The translations under genes were made by a program, and so were the position numbers. The notes below the pieces were generated by a model that was not told where the DNA came from, searched no databases, and was given only the letters and a program-made list of their open reading frames with translations. A stretch of DNA of 64,000 nt from assembly GCA_037917675.1 (NCBI GenBank), contig JAVCBW010000036.1, positions 1-64,000 on the forward strand, written 5' to 3'. This document shows positions 18,919 through 28,279 of this stretch, piece after piece; positions within the stretch are counted from its first letter, which is position 1, and each line of letters opens with the position of its first letter. This DNA comes from Thermoproteota archaeon (GTDB lineage: Archaea > Korarchaeota > Korarchaeia > B14-G2).

Positions 18919-19847
18919 CTTTTGCTGAATGTAGCATGGAGCCTCAGCTCAAGGCTCCTCACTCTGCTGTTAGCTGCCTCTGCCTTGCTACTCTCTCCAG
19001 CTTTCCTCCAGCACCAAGCTGCATCCTTGAGAGCATGCCTAGCAAGGTGCATGAGCTTCATATCAAGGTACATCCTAGCTTCTCTCTCATACATATCAGC
19101 TGCCTTCCCATAATCTCCATCTACTTCAGCTGATAGAGCAGACCAGAAGCCAGGATAGCGGCATAGTGAGCTTAGGTAGCCTATCGACTTGTTGAGCTCT
19201 ATTTCAAGCGAGGCTCTGAGATTTTCTCTGGCCCAGCTTTCTACTGGTATGCTTAGATCTCTGCTGGTGTTCACGTTAAGGAGCTCTAAAGCTGCCTCCC
19301 AGGGAAGCTCGCTTATGGCCTGGAAGAACACGGTTCTAGCTCCCCTAACGAGGTCACCTGGCCTCCTCCTTCCCATGGCATATAGTATGCTTGCTATGAG
19401 CTTAAGGACTTTAACCTGGAAAACTGATGCAAGAGGCTCTATAGTCCCATCAGGCCACACAGGTACGACGCAGTCTCTTCCATTTAGTCTCGAGAGCAGA
19501 TGCTTTAGGAATCTACTGCTAATGTATGGCATGTCAGATGCTAAGAGGAAGCATACATCTCCAGTTACATATGGCAGAGAGGACACCACCCCCCTGAGTG
19601 GCCCACTACATGGGAGCTGTAGATCTACAGCGACAACCACATCTGCATCAACTTTCTCATTCAGCTTGAGCCCTGTAATAGCGCTCTTAAGCTGGCTGCT
19701 AGTGGACACCACTATTTCAAAAGCTACTTCACTGAGTGATGTGCACACTCTCTCAAGCATAGTCTGCCCACTTACCCTAAGCAGAGGCTTAGGCTTTCCA
19801 AGCCTACTACTTCTGCCTCCAGCTAGCACTATGCCAGAGCACTTCAA
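18915..19847 (-). CDS. mobA: Molybdenum cofactor guanylyltransferase (MobA-like) with C-terminal helical extension
   Basis: LAGGRSSRLG..K, GPL.G, DMP, EPL, NVNT. Confidence 0.78.
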   Translation of the reverse strand: MKCSGIVLAGGRSSRLGKPKPLLRVSGQTMLERVCTSLSEVAFEIVVSTSSQLKSAITGLKLNEKVDADVVVAVDLQLPCSGPLRGVVSSLPYVTGDVCFLLASDMPYISSRFLKHLLSRLNGRDCVVPVWPDGTIEPLASVFQVKVLKLIASILYAMGRRRPGDLVRGARTVFFQAISELPWEAALELLNVNTSRDLSIPVESWARENLRASLEIELNKSIGYLSSLCRYPGFWSALSAEVDGDYGKAADMYEREARMYLDMKLMHLARHALKDAAWCWRKAGESSKAEAANSRVRSLELRLHATFSKS

Positions 19848-21481
19848 TTAGCCCACCTAAGCTGCCTAGCGAGCTCCTGTATAGTATTAATCTCACTTAC
19901 CGACTTGTCTTCTCGTATCCTCTTTATCCTAGCTAACCTGAGAGCTATCCCCGCCTTATACCTTGGGCTAGGCTGTACCTCATCGTACTCTACTTCCACC
20001 ACAACCTCTGGCTTGACTACGATTCCGCCCTTGAACTCACGTACCTTAATAGACAGCAGCTTCTTGGTTATCTCCTCAAACTCCTCGTCTGTGAGTCCTT
20101 TAAACGTCTTCCCAACGACCATCAGCTCTCCTGTCTCCTCGTCCCTAGCTGCTAGATGGTAGTTACTAAGCCACCCTGTCCTCCTCCCATACCCCCATTC
20201 AGCAGCTACTATCACAAGGTCTGCTGTAAGAGCTCTCTTCAGCTTCACCCAGTTAAAGCCTCTTTTCCCAGGTACATACTTGGATCTAGGGTTCTTCAAG
20301 ACAAGCCCCTCATAGCCCAAGTCAACTGCTCTCTTGAACTCTCTAGCAACATCGTCAACAGACGTTACTGGTGCTCTTTCAACCAGCAGCTTGCTGTCAA
20401 CAGCATCTACCAGAATATCATGCCTCTCTACATAGCTCTTGCCCATGAGAACCTCTCCATCAAGTAAGATGACGTCAAACAGGTAGATCCTAGCCTCAAC
20501 ATCGCTATAAGGCTCTTTCTTCCTAAACCTCCTCATCAGGATGTTAAATGGGAGAGGTCTCTCCTCAGACATCGCTACTATCTCACCCTCTAGAATACCC
20601 TCTCTGCCATGGAGGGCATCTGCCAAACTGCTGGCTACATCGGGAAAGCTACTGGTTATGTCATGTCTTCTCCTGCTAAAGATCCTAATTTCACCTCCTT
20701 TGAAGTGCACCTGTACTCTTGCACCATCCAGCTTAGCCTCAGCATAGGCTGGGGAGCCAACGAGCTTAAGAGCTTCCTCTGGACTAGTAGCCTGCTGAGC
20801 AAGCATCGGCTTAATCGGCTTGAAGACACGCGGCTTGACTTCCATTAGAGCCTTCATCCCGCTGCTTACTGCTATCGTAGCAGCCTCCCAGGGCCCCTCC
20901 AGAACACCCATCACATACTCTCCAGTTTCATGGTCGATCCCTAATGCCTTAATGACTGCTTCCTCTATGATTCCCTCAGCTATACCAGCCCTCATGTCGC
21001 CAAGCAGTATCCTAGCTATAAGAGCCCCCTCCACTGGTTTTGCTCTCCTAAAAATGGATCTAAGTAGCGTGATCCTCCTTTCGAAAGCTCCTTCCCCTCT
21101 AGCTGAAGCTAGTGTCTTGAATAGCTCATAGACCTCAAGTATTGTGATCGGCCTATCCTCTAACGCAGCTTGAAAGCTCCCTCTCTGCTCTAATGCAGCC
21201 CTGACCAGCTCACCAGCATCCTCTATCTTCCTTCTAGCAGGAGGTCTAGCAGGCAAGCTCCTCAAGACGGTCTTCCATCCAACCATTACTCTAGAGTCCC
21301 CCTCCCCTGGCAGCCTCCTCCCAGACAGCATGACTATAGCGGGCACAACTTCGTCTGCACTCAAACCCTTCAGGAACTCAGCTACCATAGCTACTTTAGC
21401 GTTCCTGCTGGATGTTCCTCTAAGCTTCTCATGGAGCTCAGCTAGCCTCCTAAACTCCATCGGTACCCTAGCCATAGTCAC
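19844..21481 (-). CDS. lig: ATP-dependent DNA ligase
   Basis: PMLA, motif I EAKLDG.R, EGE, FD, EGLVLK, WVKLK, R..R.REDK. Confidence 0.92.
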   Translation of the reverse strand: MTMARVPMEFRRLAELHEKLRGTSSRNAKVAMVAEFLKGLSADEVVPAIVMLSGRRLPGEGDSRVMVGWKTVLRSLPARPPARRKIEDAGELVRAALEQRGSFQAALEDRPITILEVYELFKTLASARGEGAFERRITLLRSIFRRAKPVEGALIARILLGDMRAGIAEGIIEEAVIKALGIDHETGEYVMGVLEGPWEAATIAVSSGMKALMEVKPRVFKPIKPMLAQQATSPEEALKLVGSPAYAEAKLDGARVQVHFKGGEIRIFSRRRHDITSSFPDVASSLADALHGREGILEGEIVAMSEERPLPFNILMRRFRKKEPYSDVEARIYLFDVILLDGEVLMGKSYVERHDILVDAVDSKLLVERAPVTSVDDVAREFKRAVDLGYEGLVLKNPRSKYVPGKRGFNWVKLKRALTADLVIVAAEWGYGRRTGWLSNYHLAARDEETGELMVVGKTFKGLTDEEFEEITKKLLSIKVREFKGGIVVKPEVVVEVEYDEVQPSPRYKAGIALRLARIKRIREDKSVSEINTIQELARQLRWAN

Positions 21482-21542
21482 CTACCAGAGCCTCCTAAGG
21501 ATGGAAAAGCGTAAGCAGCTTACATGCCTCTACTGCCACCTA

Positions 21543-22019
21543 TTAGAGGTACTTACGGCAGTGATCACACCACCATCTCTTATACTCCCTTATGTACCTT
21601 GCTGGACTACCACATGTCGGACATTTAACAGCCACAGCAGCAGGTCTCTCCGCTTCAGCGTATCCTACCGCACCTATGCCTCTTATCAGCTCTACTTCAA
21701 TACCTCCAACACGCCCTGCTATGAAGTTATATAACGCAGCTTCTATAGCAAGTATGATTGCTGACACCACCCCTCCAATAAGCCCCGCTAAGAGCCCCAT
21801 GATCACCATCACTGCTGCAGCAAGCCCCATTCCAATCCCGGGGAGCCATCCAGGCACCCCTGGGATCGGTGGGAGCCTGACTGCTGTAGCAGCTAGCACT
21901 ACAGCATATATCATACCTAAAATCAGCCCTAAGATTATGCCTATAAGCAATGCAATCTTAAAGACCGAAGATACCCCGATACTCTTGATCTCATATCTCT
22001 CACTCATCGCTATACCCAT
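21543..22019 (-). CDS. DUF3566-like two-TM membrane protein with C-terminal zinc ribbon
   Basis: IKSIG..SVFK, LYN..A...GGI.V.L; CPTC...CDHC. Confidence 0.6.
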   Translation of the reverse strand: MGIAMSERYEIKSIGVSSVFKIALLIGIILGLILGMIYAVVLAATAVRLPPIPGVPGWLPGIGMGLAAAVMVIMGLLAGLIGGVVSAIILAIEAALYNFIAGRVGGIEVELIRGIGAVGYAEAERPAAVAVKCPTCGSPARYIREYKRWWCDHCRKYL

Positions 22020-22158
22020 ACAGCCTGCTAGATGCTCCTTACATAAACCTTCCTAATAGCACTTAGCTTTGAACTAGCTGGAAGCTGCCACTTTTCTCGT
22101 ATTAGCTAGATGGCTGGCAGCACCTAAAAGTTATTAACTACAGCTACAGGCTACTGAT

Positions 22159-22608
22159 ATGCCTGTTATTGACGTGGATATCGGTTCTTTGCTGTCAAAG
22201 AAAAGAGTCATAGCAGTAGTAGGCCTCTCAAGAAGCCCAGATAAAGACAGCTATAGGGTCGCTGAGTACTTAAAGAGCAAAGGACATAAGATCATTCCGA
22301 TAAACCCATTTGCATCTGAGATACTTGGCGAGAAAGCCTATCCCTCTTTGTCAGCGGTTCCTGAAGAGCTTAAGAAGCAGATCGATATAGTCGACATCTT
22401 TAGGCCACCAGATGAGGTTCTTCCTGTAGTTAAGGAGGCAGCTGAGCTCAGAGAGAAGTATGGGAAGCCTGATGTCATCTGGATGCAGGAAGGTATAGTA
22501 AGTGAGGAGGCAGCTAACTTAGCTAGGAGAGCTGGCATGAAGGTGGTTATGGACCTCTGCATGATGGTAGAGAGCAAGAAGCTTGAGAAGCTAAGCTTCA
22601 TGGTATAG
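22159..22608 (+). CDS. CoA-binding protein (YccU-like)
   Basis: IAVVGLS, PINP, DIFRP, WMQEG, VMD.C. Confidence 0.88.
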   Translation: MPVIDVDIGSLLSKKRVIAVVGLSRSPDKDSYRVAEYLKSKGHKIIPINPFASEILGEKAYPSLSAVPEELKKQIDIVDIFRPPDEVLPVVKEAAELREKYGKPDVIWMQEGIVSEEAANLARRAGMKVVMDLCMMVESKKLEKLSFMV

Positions 22609-22612
22609 CAGG

Positions 22613-23650
22613 CTACTGCACTTCATGCCTGCTCTTCTTCATCTCAGCAAGCTTCACAACTGAGGTGAGCTTCTCGATCTCTGATGCCTCAATATACCCT
22701 GTCTCGACAGCCCTATTGAAGAAGCCTGCTCCATCTTTGGTTCTCACTAGGACAGTAGAGAATCCCGCCTTCGTCCCTACTGAACCGACTGAAATGTCCG
22801 CGAGCTCGCTTGTGAAATCTGTGCAGAGCTCACAGGACTTACGTATATAATCCTTCATTTCACTGACAGGCTTTGAGAACACCTCCTCACTGCCGCAATA
22901 GGCTATGAACCTCCCCTTTTTTATGTCAAACCTCGTGACCTCCTCTAAGCTTACAGAGCTTTCCTCTAGTAGCTTGATAAGCTTCCTGTAGTCAAAGGAC
23001 TCCATGCAGAAGAGCCCGACTATGAGCTTCACTCTCTTGCCAAGCTTGAGAGCCCCCTTAGGAGAGTACTGCATCCTTCTCACCCCTCTAACCACACATG
23101 GTGTCCCCACTATCCCTATCTTCTCAGCTCCATAGCAGTAAGCTGCATCCCAGAGGGCAGAGGCCATGTGTGGAGGCGTATACTTTGTGCCAGCTGCCTC
23201 CACGACTTCTTCAGGAGTCAAGGCGACTTTCGCATATGGTCTCCATGCCTCCTCTCTTGAGACCCCTGCTACAATCACAGCGTCAAGCAGCCCCCTCTCT
23301 AGAGAGAACTTCAGTAGGGCAGTGACTACTCCTCCATCCTGCCCCCTCTCTTGTATCGTCGGATCTATGGCTCTAGCCTTATATGCCTTGGTGAACACTC
23401 CAAGAGGCCCTGGCCTGCTGCTGCCAAACAGTAGCCTGTATTCTTCACCACCTCCTGTCTGAGGGCAGCTGTTATAGCAGAAGCCGCATCTGAGGCATAG
23501 GCCAGCGAGCTTCGGTGTGTCATCAGCTATTGTAATCGCGTTCACGAAGCATGCTGACACGCATGTACCACAAGCAGTACAGGCTTCTGCTCTAATAACT
23601 TCCTTAAGGAGGTGTGCAAACGTCTTTCTAGGCAAGGAGCTACGCCTCAT
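22613..23650 (-). CDS. FrhB/FpoF-family F420-binding flavoprotein with N-terminal 2x[4Fe-4S] ferredoxin (FpoF/FqoF-like architecture)
   Basis: CTACGTC..AC and CLRCGFC..SC; GQDGGVVT, GTKY, VGTPC, GLFC, C..C.DF...ADISVG. Confidence 0.85.
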   Translation of the reverse strand: MRRSSLPRKTFAHLLKEVIRAEACTACGTCVSACFVNAITIADDTPKLAGLCLRCGFCYNSCPQTGGGEEYRLLFGSSRPGPLGVFTKAYKARAIDPTIQERGQDGGVVTALLKFSLERGLLDAVIVAGVSREEAWRPYAKVALTPEEVVEAAGTKYTPPHMASALWDAAYCYGAEKIGIVGTPCVVRGVRRMQYSPKGALKLGKRVKLIVGLFCMESFDYRKLIKLLEESSVSLEEVTRFDIKKGRFIAYCGSEEVFSKPVSEMKDYIRKSCELCTDFTSELADISVGSVGTKAGFSTVLVRTKDGAGFFNRAVETGYIEASEIEKLTSVVKLAEMKKSRHEVQ

Positions 23651-23958
23651 AGCTCTTCAAAGCCTAGTACATGCCTAACTATCAAGTCTACGGCTTCGCT
23701 GACATCTACCTTCAGTATCCTGCTTGCTTTCTCCTCAGCCTCCTCCTCTATCTTCTTTGCTTTCATGCTAGCCTCCTTAATCTTCTTCTCCTTGATCTCC
23801 TCAGCTTTATCTAGTGCCCTCTTCTTCTCTCTCTCAAGTATCTCCTTAGCCTTCTCCTCTGCTTCAGCGAGCAATTCGCTGCTCTTTCTCTTAGCTGCCT
23901 CAACTATCCTCTTAGCTTCCTCCTCTGCCTTGATGATCTCGAAGAGGATGTCACTCAT
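23647..23958 (-). CDS. A/V-type ATP synthase peripheral stalk subunit H (G-like), probable
   Basis: IKAEEEA..IVE.A charged coiled coil ending EAVDLIV..VL; ATG 23958 has GGTGA RBS and TTTAAA about 28 nt upstream. Confidence 0.62.
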   Translation of the reverse strand: MSDILFEIIKAEEEAKRIVEAAKRKSSELLAEAEEKAKEILEREKKRALDKAEEIKEKKIKEASMKAKKIEEEAEEKASRILKVDVSEAVDLIVRHVLGFEEL

Positions 23959-23993
23959 CAGCTTCACCCAGCTTCTGACTCTCATTTTAAAAT

Positions 23994-25499
23994 TTAACCT
24001 GAGACTCTGATGAGCTTCTCACTACCTGTAGACTTCTCTCTGATCTTAATTACAGCTGCCTGCGGGAGTGCTAAGGCGATGTAGCATAAGCCTTTAACAG
24101 CCTCCTCTGCTGGAAGCCCAAGTGAAGCTCTGAGCATGGCTGAGGCCTCTATGGCACATGGATCCTTAGCCCTATAGCAGCTCACTTTATCTCCTCCTGC
24201 TGCCTCAACTAGCACTACACGCTCCCCCAACGGGTCCTCTACTCTAGCTGCGTAAAGGCCCTTACCTGCCTTTCTAGCGACTCTAGCTCTGAAGGCGCCT
24301 GTAGGAGCTGCATCGAGAGCCTCGGCAGCAATATCTGCTGCCTCAACAGCTTCCTTGAGCTGAAGCCTCAAGATGCCAGCTAGATCCCCGCTACTTTCTG
24401 TGAGAGCCCTCTTCTTCAGCTCACTGTATGCTGCATAGGGTGCATCAACTCTGACATCTAGAGCAAGCCCACATGCCCTAGCAGCTAGTCCAGCAGCCCC
24501 CTCAGCTGCATCCCTGAGCCTATACAGGCCACTAAGCTCCTCGAAAACCTTGTCTGCTGTCTCGCTTCCCTCAAGCTTCTCCTTAACTTCACTTAACCGT
24601 CCAGCTAGCTCACTAGCTCTATCTCTCCTGACATCGAATGCGACACCACCTATCAGGACTGCTCCAAATCCTAGAGGGCTTCCTGTCAATGATCTCAGCC
24701 AATCTACCAGCAGCTTCCCAGCCTCCCGTCCCTCCATCCAGGCATGTCCAAGCCACTCAAAGAACCTTGTTAAGTGCTGCACATGTGAGAGAGCTCTCTC
24801 CACCTCAAGAAGCATAGTTCTAAGATACTCTCCTCGCAGCGGCGGCTTTACGCCAAGAGCCTCTTCAGCAGCCATCGAATAACACACAGCCTGAGCTATA
24901 GGATGCCTTCCAGCTCTCTCAGCTAGGAGAAGCCCCTTAAATAGCCCCTGCTCTTCAATCATCTTCTCAATGCCATAGTGCATTCCTCCGATAGCCAGAG
25001 CTACCTCGCTGACTTCACCACCATCAGTCAGAGCAGTGATGGATACTTCTCCACTCAAGCTTGCTGCAGCCAGCTTCTCCCTCAGATCGCTGGCGCTCGC
25101 CTTAAATGGATGCAATCCACTAGGCCACCCTTCAGGTAGGAAACTGATGTTATCCTCGGCTTCTCCACTGAACTCTACACCAAGCAAGCTAGATATCTCC
25201 CTTTCATAGACCTGTGCACCAGGATAGATGCTGGCACTTGAAGCAAGCTTCCATCCTCTAGTTGCTAGAATGACCTCTCCTCTTCTGCTAGCTAACAGAT
25301 ATCTGACTAGAGGCCTTTCTTCCCTCAGGCATGCAGAAATATAAGCCAGCCTGAATCCCGCTCCTCTAAGCCTCCTCAAGGCTCCAGCTAGGGAGGATGC
25401 CTCGATCCAGGCCTCCACTCTGTATTTCTCGAGCTCTCTTATCTCAGCAGCATCCTTAATCAAGCTTCTAGCGAGCTCAAGTAAGCTTCCTGGCATCAT
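23994..25499 (-). CDS. Degenerate group-4 hydrogenase/complex I NuoC-NuoD fusion lacking Ni-Fe ligands
   Basis: NuoC motifs YPGAQVYERE..LLGVEF and LPEGWP.GLHP; NuoD motifs H.GIEK, YLRT..LE.ER..SH, IGGV..D, RACG...DVR...PYAAY, RVE.P.GE; no RxCGxC or DPCxxC; start ATG 25499 with GTGGTG RBS. Confidence 0.75.
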   Translation of the reverse strand: MMPGSLLELARSLIKDAAEIRELEKYRVEAWIEASSLAGALRRLRGAGFRLAYISACLREERPLVRYLLASRRGEVILATRGWKLASSASIYPGAQVYEREISSLLGVEFSGEAEDNISFLPEGWPSGLHPFKASASDLREKLAAASLSGEVSITALTDGGEVSEVALAIGGMHYGIEKMIEEQGLFKGLLLAERAGRHPIAQAVCYSMAAEEALGVKPPLRGEYLRTMLLEVERALSHVQHLTRFFEWLGHAWMEGREAGKLLVDWLRSLTGSPLGFGAVLIGGVAFDVRRDRASELAGRLSEVKEKLEGSETADKVFEELSGLYRLRDAAEGAAGLAARACGLALDVRVDAPYAAYSELKKRALTESSGDLAGILRLQLKEAVEAADIAAEALDAAPTGAFRARVARKAGKGLYAARVEDPLGERVVLVEAAGGDKVSCYRAKDPCAIEASAMLRASLGLPAEEAVKGLCYIALALPQAAVIKIREKSTGSEKLIRVSG

Positions 25500-25592
25500 A
25501 GCACCACTAGGCCTGTATGCAGGGTTCAATAAGGTTACTAGCCTACTGCCTCCAGCTATGGCAAAACTTATCTTAAGGCCTATAAGCCCCAT

Positions 25593-26183
25593 ATGGTGCC
25601 CTGCTTGCATGCCGTGTCTGGATCTAAACTCACTCACGTTGCTATCGGCTTATGTAGCAGCTGTTCAAGGCAAGTTGAGGCTGCTTTGAGCTCTATGGAG
25701 ATAGAGCTTAAGGAGAGCATACTAGTTGTCTCAGGCCTACCATCTCACATAAATCTACATGAGATACAGAAGGTTTGGGAGTCTCTACCAGACCCCAAGA
25801 TTGCTATAGCTGTGGGGGTATGCGCCTGTACTGGTGGAGCTTTCAGAGAATGCTATATGTATAGGGAGCTAAGCAGCATCATACCTGTCAAGATCATGGT
25901 TTCAGGATGCCCACCGCCTGAGGAGGCTATTCTAAAAGCTATCAGAGGAGAAGCAGCTTCGCTTCACATAGAAGGCTATAGGGGCCCTCCTACCATAGAC
26001 GAGAACCTATGCATTGCATGCGGGCTATGTACTCAAGAGTGCCCATCTAAGGCGTTAGAGGCAGAGGAGGGGGGGAAGCCAAGGCTCAACCAGTGGGTAT
26101 GCATGAGCTGTAGCAGGTGTGAAGCCATATGCCCGAGAGGAGCTGTGAAGGCGTCTTCTATGTTCACCGTGATCTTCAGGTAG
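25593..26183 (+). CDS. Group-4 hydrogenase small-subunit (NuoB/HycG-like) domain fused to a NuoI-like 2x[4Fe-4S] ferredoxin
   Basis: CSSC, PDPK.AIAVGVCACTGG.F, SGCPP; then YRG.P, CIACGLC..ECP, CMSCSRC..ICP. Confidence 0.78.
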   Translation: MVPCLHAVSGSKLTHVAIGLCSSCSRQVEAALSSMEIELKESILVVSGLPSHINLHEIQKVWESLPDPKIAIAVGVCACTGGAFRECYMYRELSSIIPVKIMVSGCPPPEEAILKAIRGEAASLHIEGYRGPPTIDENLCIACGLCTQECPSKALEAEEGGKPRLNQWVCMSCSRCEAICPRGAVKASSMFTVIFR

Positions 26184-26206
26184 CTCATCTAAATCTGCAG
26201 CCATCT

Positions 26207-27208
26207 TCAAGCTTCTCTGAGCATCCTCCTTATGACGTACCTTGGAAACTCCTCTAGGATTCTCTTGTACTTGCTCTCTGGGAAGGCTGAAAGAGCTTCT
26301 CTAGCTAGCTTACACTTCTCACAAACATATCTAAATGCGCGTCTTGTAGCCGTCTTCAGGTAGCTCATCTCACGTCTGATCACAGCTGCCTTCAAAGCCG
26401 CCCTGTAGCCTGGTATCATCATGAAAGCTCCTCTAGGGCCCCTTGCGAGCACAAGCCGCCTAAAGAGCTCTATGGCTGCTTCTCTACCTGAGAAGAAAGC
26501 CACCATAGGGAATATAGAGGTCATGAGGTCTGCTTCAGCAAATCCATCTCTGAGAAGCCTGTTTAAGTCGACGAGGTCATCTGCTACCTGGAAAGCCATC
26601 CCGCAGAGAAGCCCATAGACGTAAGCTTTCTCCTGTAGGTTCGAGGATGCTCTAGCTGCTATAGCCCCGAGCTTACAGGCTGTAGCGAAGAGCTCACCTG
26701 TCTTCAGTTTCACTATGCTCTCATAGAGTTCCTCCTGTATGTTGCCGTAGACCAGGCTTAAAGCTATATCCTTGAAACCAAGAGGCTCCACGACAGCCCC
26801 CCTAGCAACATTGTATACAGCCTCACTTAAGGCGTCCTTGCTTCCATCCTCGCTTCTAGTCAGCTTTATGGCAGCGCTCATAAGTAGGTCTGCAAGCAGC
26901 ACAGCTTTCCTAGGGCCTATAGCTGCATAGAGCGGTGTTTTCCCTCTTCTAGCTCTATGCCTGTCAACATAGTCATCGTGAGTCAGCGTCCCTGCATGTA
27001 TCATTTCGACTGCTGCAGCATACTCGAGAGCATCCTCTTTTCTCCCTCCAAGAGCCTCACATGTAAGCAGGCATAGGACTGCGCGAAGCCTCTTGCCTCC
27101 AGTGAGCTGGAAGAGCATGTGTTTGCTGAAGTGTAGCTTCTTAGCCATCTCAGTGAGCTTCGAGTCTATCAGAGGAATAGCTTCCCTGGCATAGTGCTCG
27201 ATGTCCAA
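26207..27208 (-). CDS. Trans-polyprenyl diphosphate synthase, probably long-chain
   Basis: GGKRLR, first Asp-rich motif GTLTHDDYVD..RRG, KT, FQVADDLVD. Confidence 0.85.
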   Translation of the reverse strand: MDIEHYAREAIPLIDSKLTEMAKKLHFSKHMLFQLTGGKRLRAVLCLLTCEALGGRKEDALEYAAAVEMIHAGTLTHDDYVDRHRARRGKTPLYAAIGPRKAVLLADLLMSAAIKLTRSEDGSKDALSEAVYNVARGAVVEPLGFKDIALSLVYGNIQEELYESIVKLKTGELFATACKLGAIAARASSNLQEKAYVYGLLCGMAFQVADDLVDLNRLLRDGFAEADLMTSIFPMVAFFSGREAAIELFRRLVLARGPRGAFMMIPGYRAALKAAVIRREMSYLKTATRRAFRYVCEKCKLAREALSAFPESKYKRILEEFPRYVIRRMLREA

Positions 27209-27250
27209 TGTCCCTCTAGAGCTCAGCCAATCTATCTCATAAGCTTGGCG

Positions 27251-28279
27251 CTATACCGATCTAAGCAGGGAGATTCCAAGAGCTCCTATAGCCTCTAGGA
27301 GTGGTATCCTTCCAGCAAGGTAGAGCTGGGCGACGAGCTTGTCCCCTGCTTCAGCTACAGCCCTGCTTCTTAGCTTCTCTGGGATAGCGACTGTCATCTT
27401 GAGTACAGTCTTACCTATCTGAAACCTCCTTCCAAAAGCTTCCCTCCAGAGCTTCTCATAGCGTCTAGTGAAGCATATCCTCCCAGAGAAGAGGGCATAC
27501 TTTATCCCCTCCCCACTAGAGGGCATCACAAGGCCAGCTGCTTCGCCAGCAGCTACAACACCTTTAGCTGAAAGCTTCCTTATTGGGCCGCTGACACATA
27601 CTGGCGCAGCTCTGATGCTGCTGCCAAGCTCCAGCCTAAGCCTCCTCAAACCAACCTTAAGCCAGCTCTCAAGATTCCTCACGCTGGAAAACCCTCCTAC
27701 ACCGAAGTTCACGCTCCCATCGCCTCTGGGAAAAGCCCAGCCATACCCGAAGGGAAGTATACTTATCAGGATCTCATCTTCACTTAGCCTACCCTTACAG
27801 TAGCACTGTAGAGCTGGAATAGACCTATACCCATGGTAGTTAAGCCCCCTCCATCTGGCTATGCTGCCAGGGTTCCCACTTGCATCCACGATAAGATCGT
27901 ATTCAAGCTTACTCCATGGTTTCACGCTTCTCCCCATTCTGACGACAGCTCCCTCTGACTCTGCTGCTTCCTTAAGCTCTCTGAGCATAGCCTTCTTGTC
28001 TATGATGTACCCGAAGGTGCTAGTAGCGTCTATTCTCTGAATAGGCTCCCAGTGCAAGCACAGTAGGCATCTAGTTACCTTGTTTAATATGAAGCACCTG
28101 CATCCTGGCGGTAGATGTCTCAGCGCATCCTCTGGTACTCCCTCTCCACACGGCTTAAGACCAAGCTCACGATTCCTCTCGTATACCACCACATCATGCC
28201 CAGCCTTAGAAGCCCAGTATGCACAGCTCAGCCCAGCTACTCCAGCTCCCACGACTGCTAGCCTCAAGCCTCCTCCCAT
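27251..28279 (-). CDS. Geranylgeranyl reductase-family FAD oxidoreductase
   Basis: VVGAGVAG, KPCGEG, YGWAFP, GEAAG...P.SGEGI; start moved to ATG 28279 (or TTG 28267). Confidence 0.8.
   Translation of the reverse strand: MGGGLRLAVVGAGVAGLSCAYWASKAGHDVVVYERNRELGLKPCGEGVPEDALRHLPPGCRCFILNKVTRCLLCLHWEPIQRIDATSTFGYIIDKKAMLRELKEAAESEGAVVRMGRSVKPWSKLEYDLIVDASGNPGSIARWRGLNYHGYRSIPALQCYCKGRLSEDEILISILPFGYGWAFPRGDGSVNFGVGGFSSVRNLESWLKVGLRRLRLELGSSIRAAPVCVSGPIRKLSAKGVVAAGEAAGLVMPSSGEGIKYALFSGRICFTRRYEKLWREAFGRRFQIGKTVLKMTVAIPEKLRSRAVAEAGDKLVAQLYLAGRIPLLEAIGALGISLLRSV

Noticed and set aside
19189-19851. Long antisense ORFs (e.g. 19189..19851, 40046..40585, 41933..42508, 54487..55077)
   Set aside because: Ser/Leu-rich shadows of well-supported genes on the opposite strand
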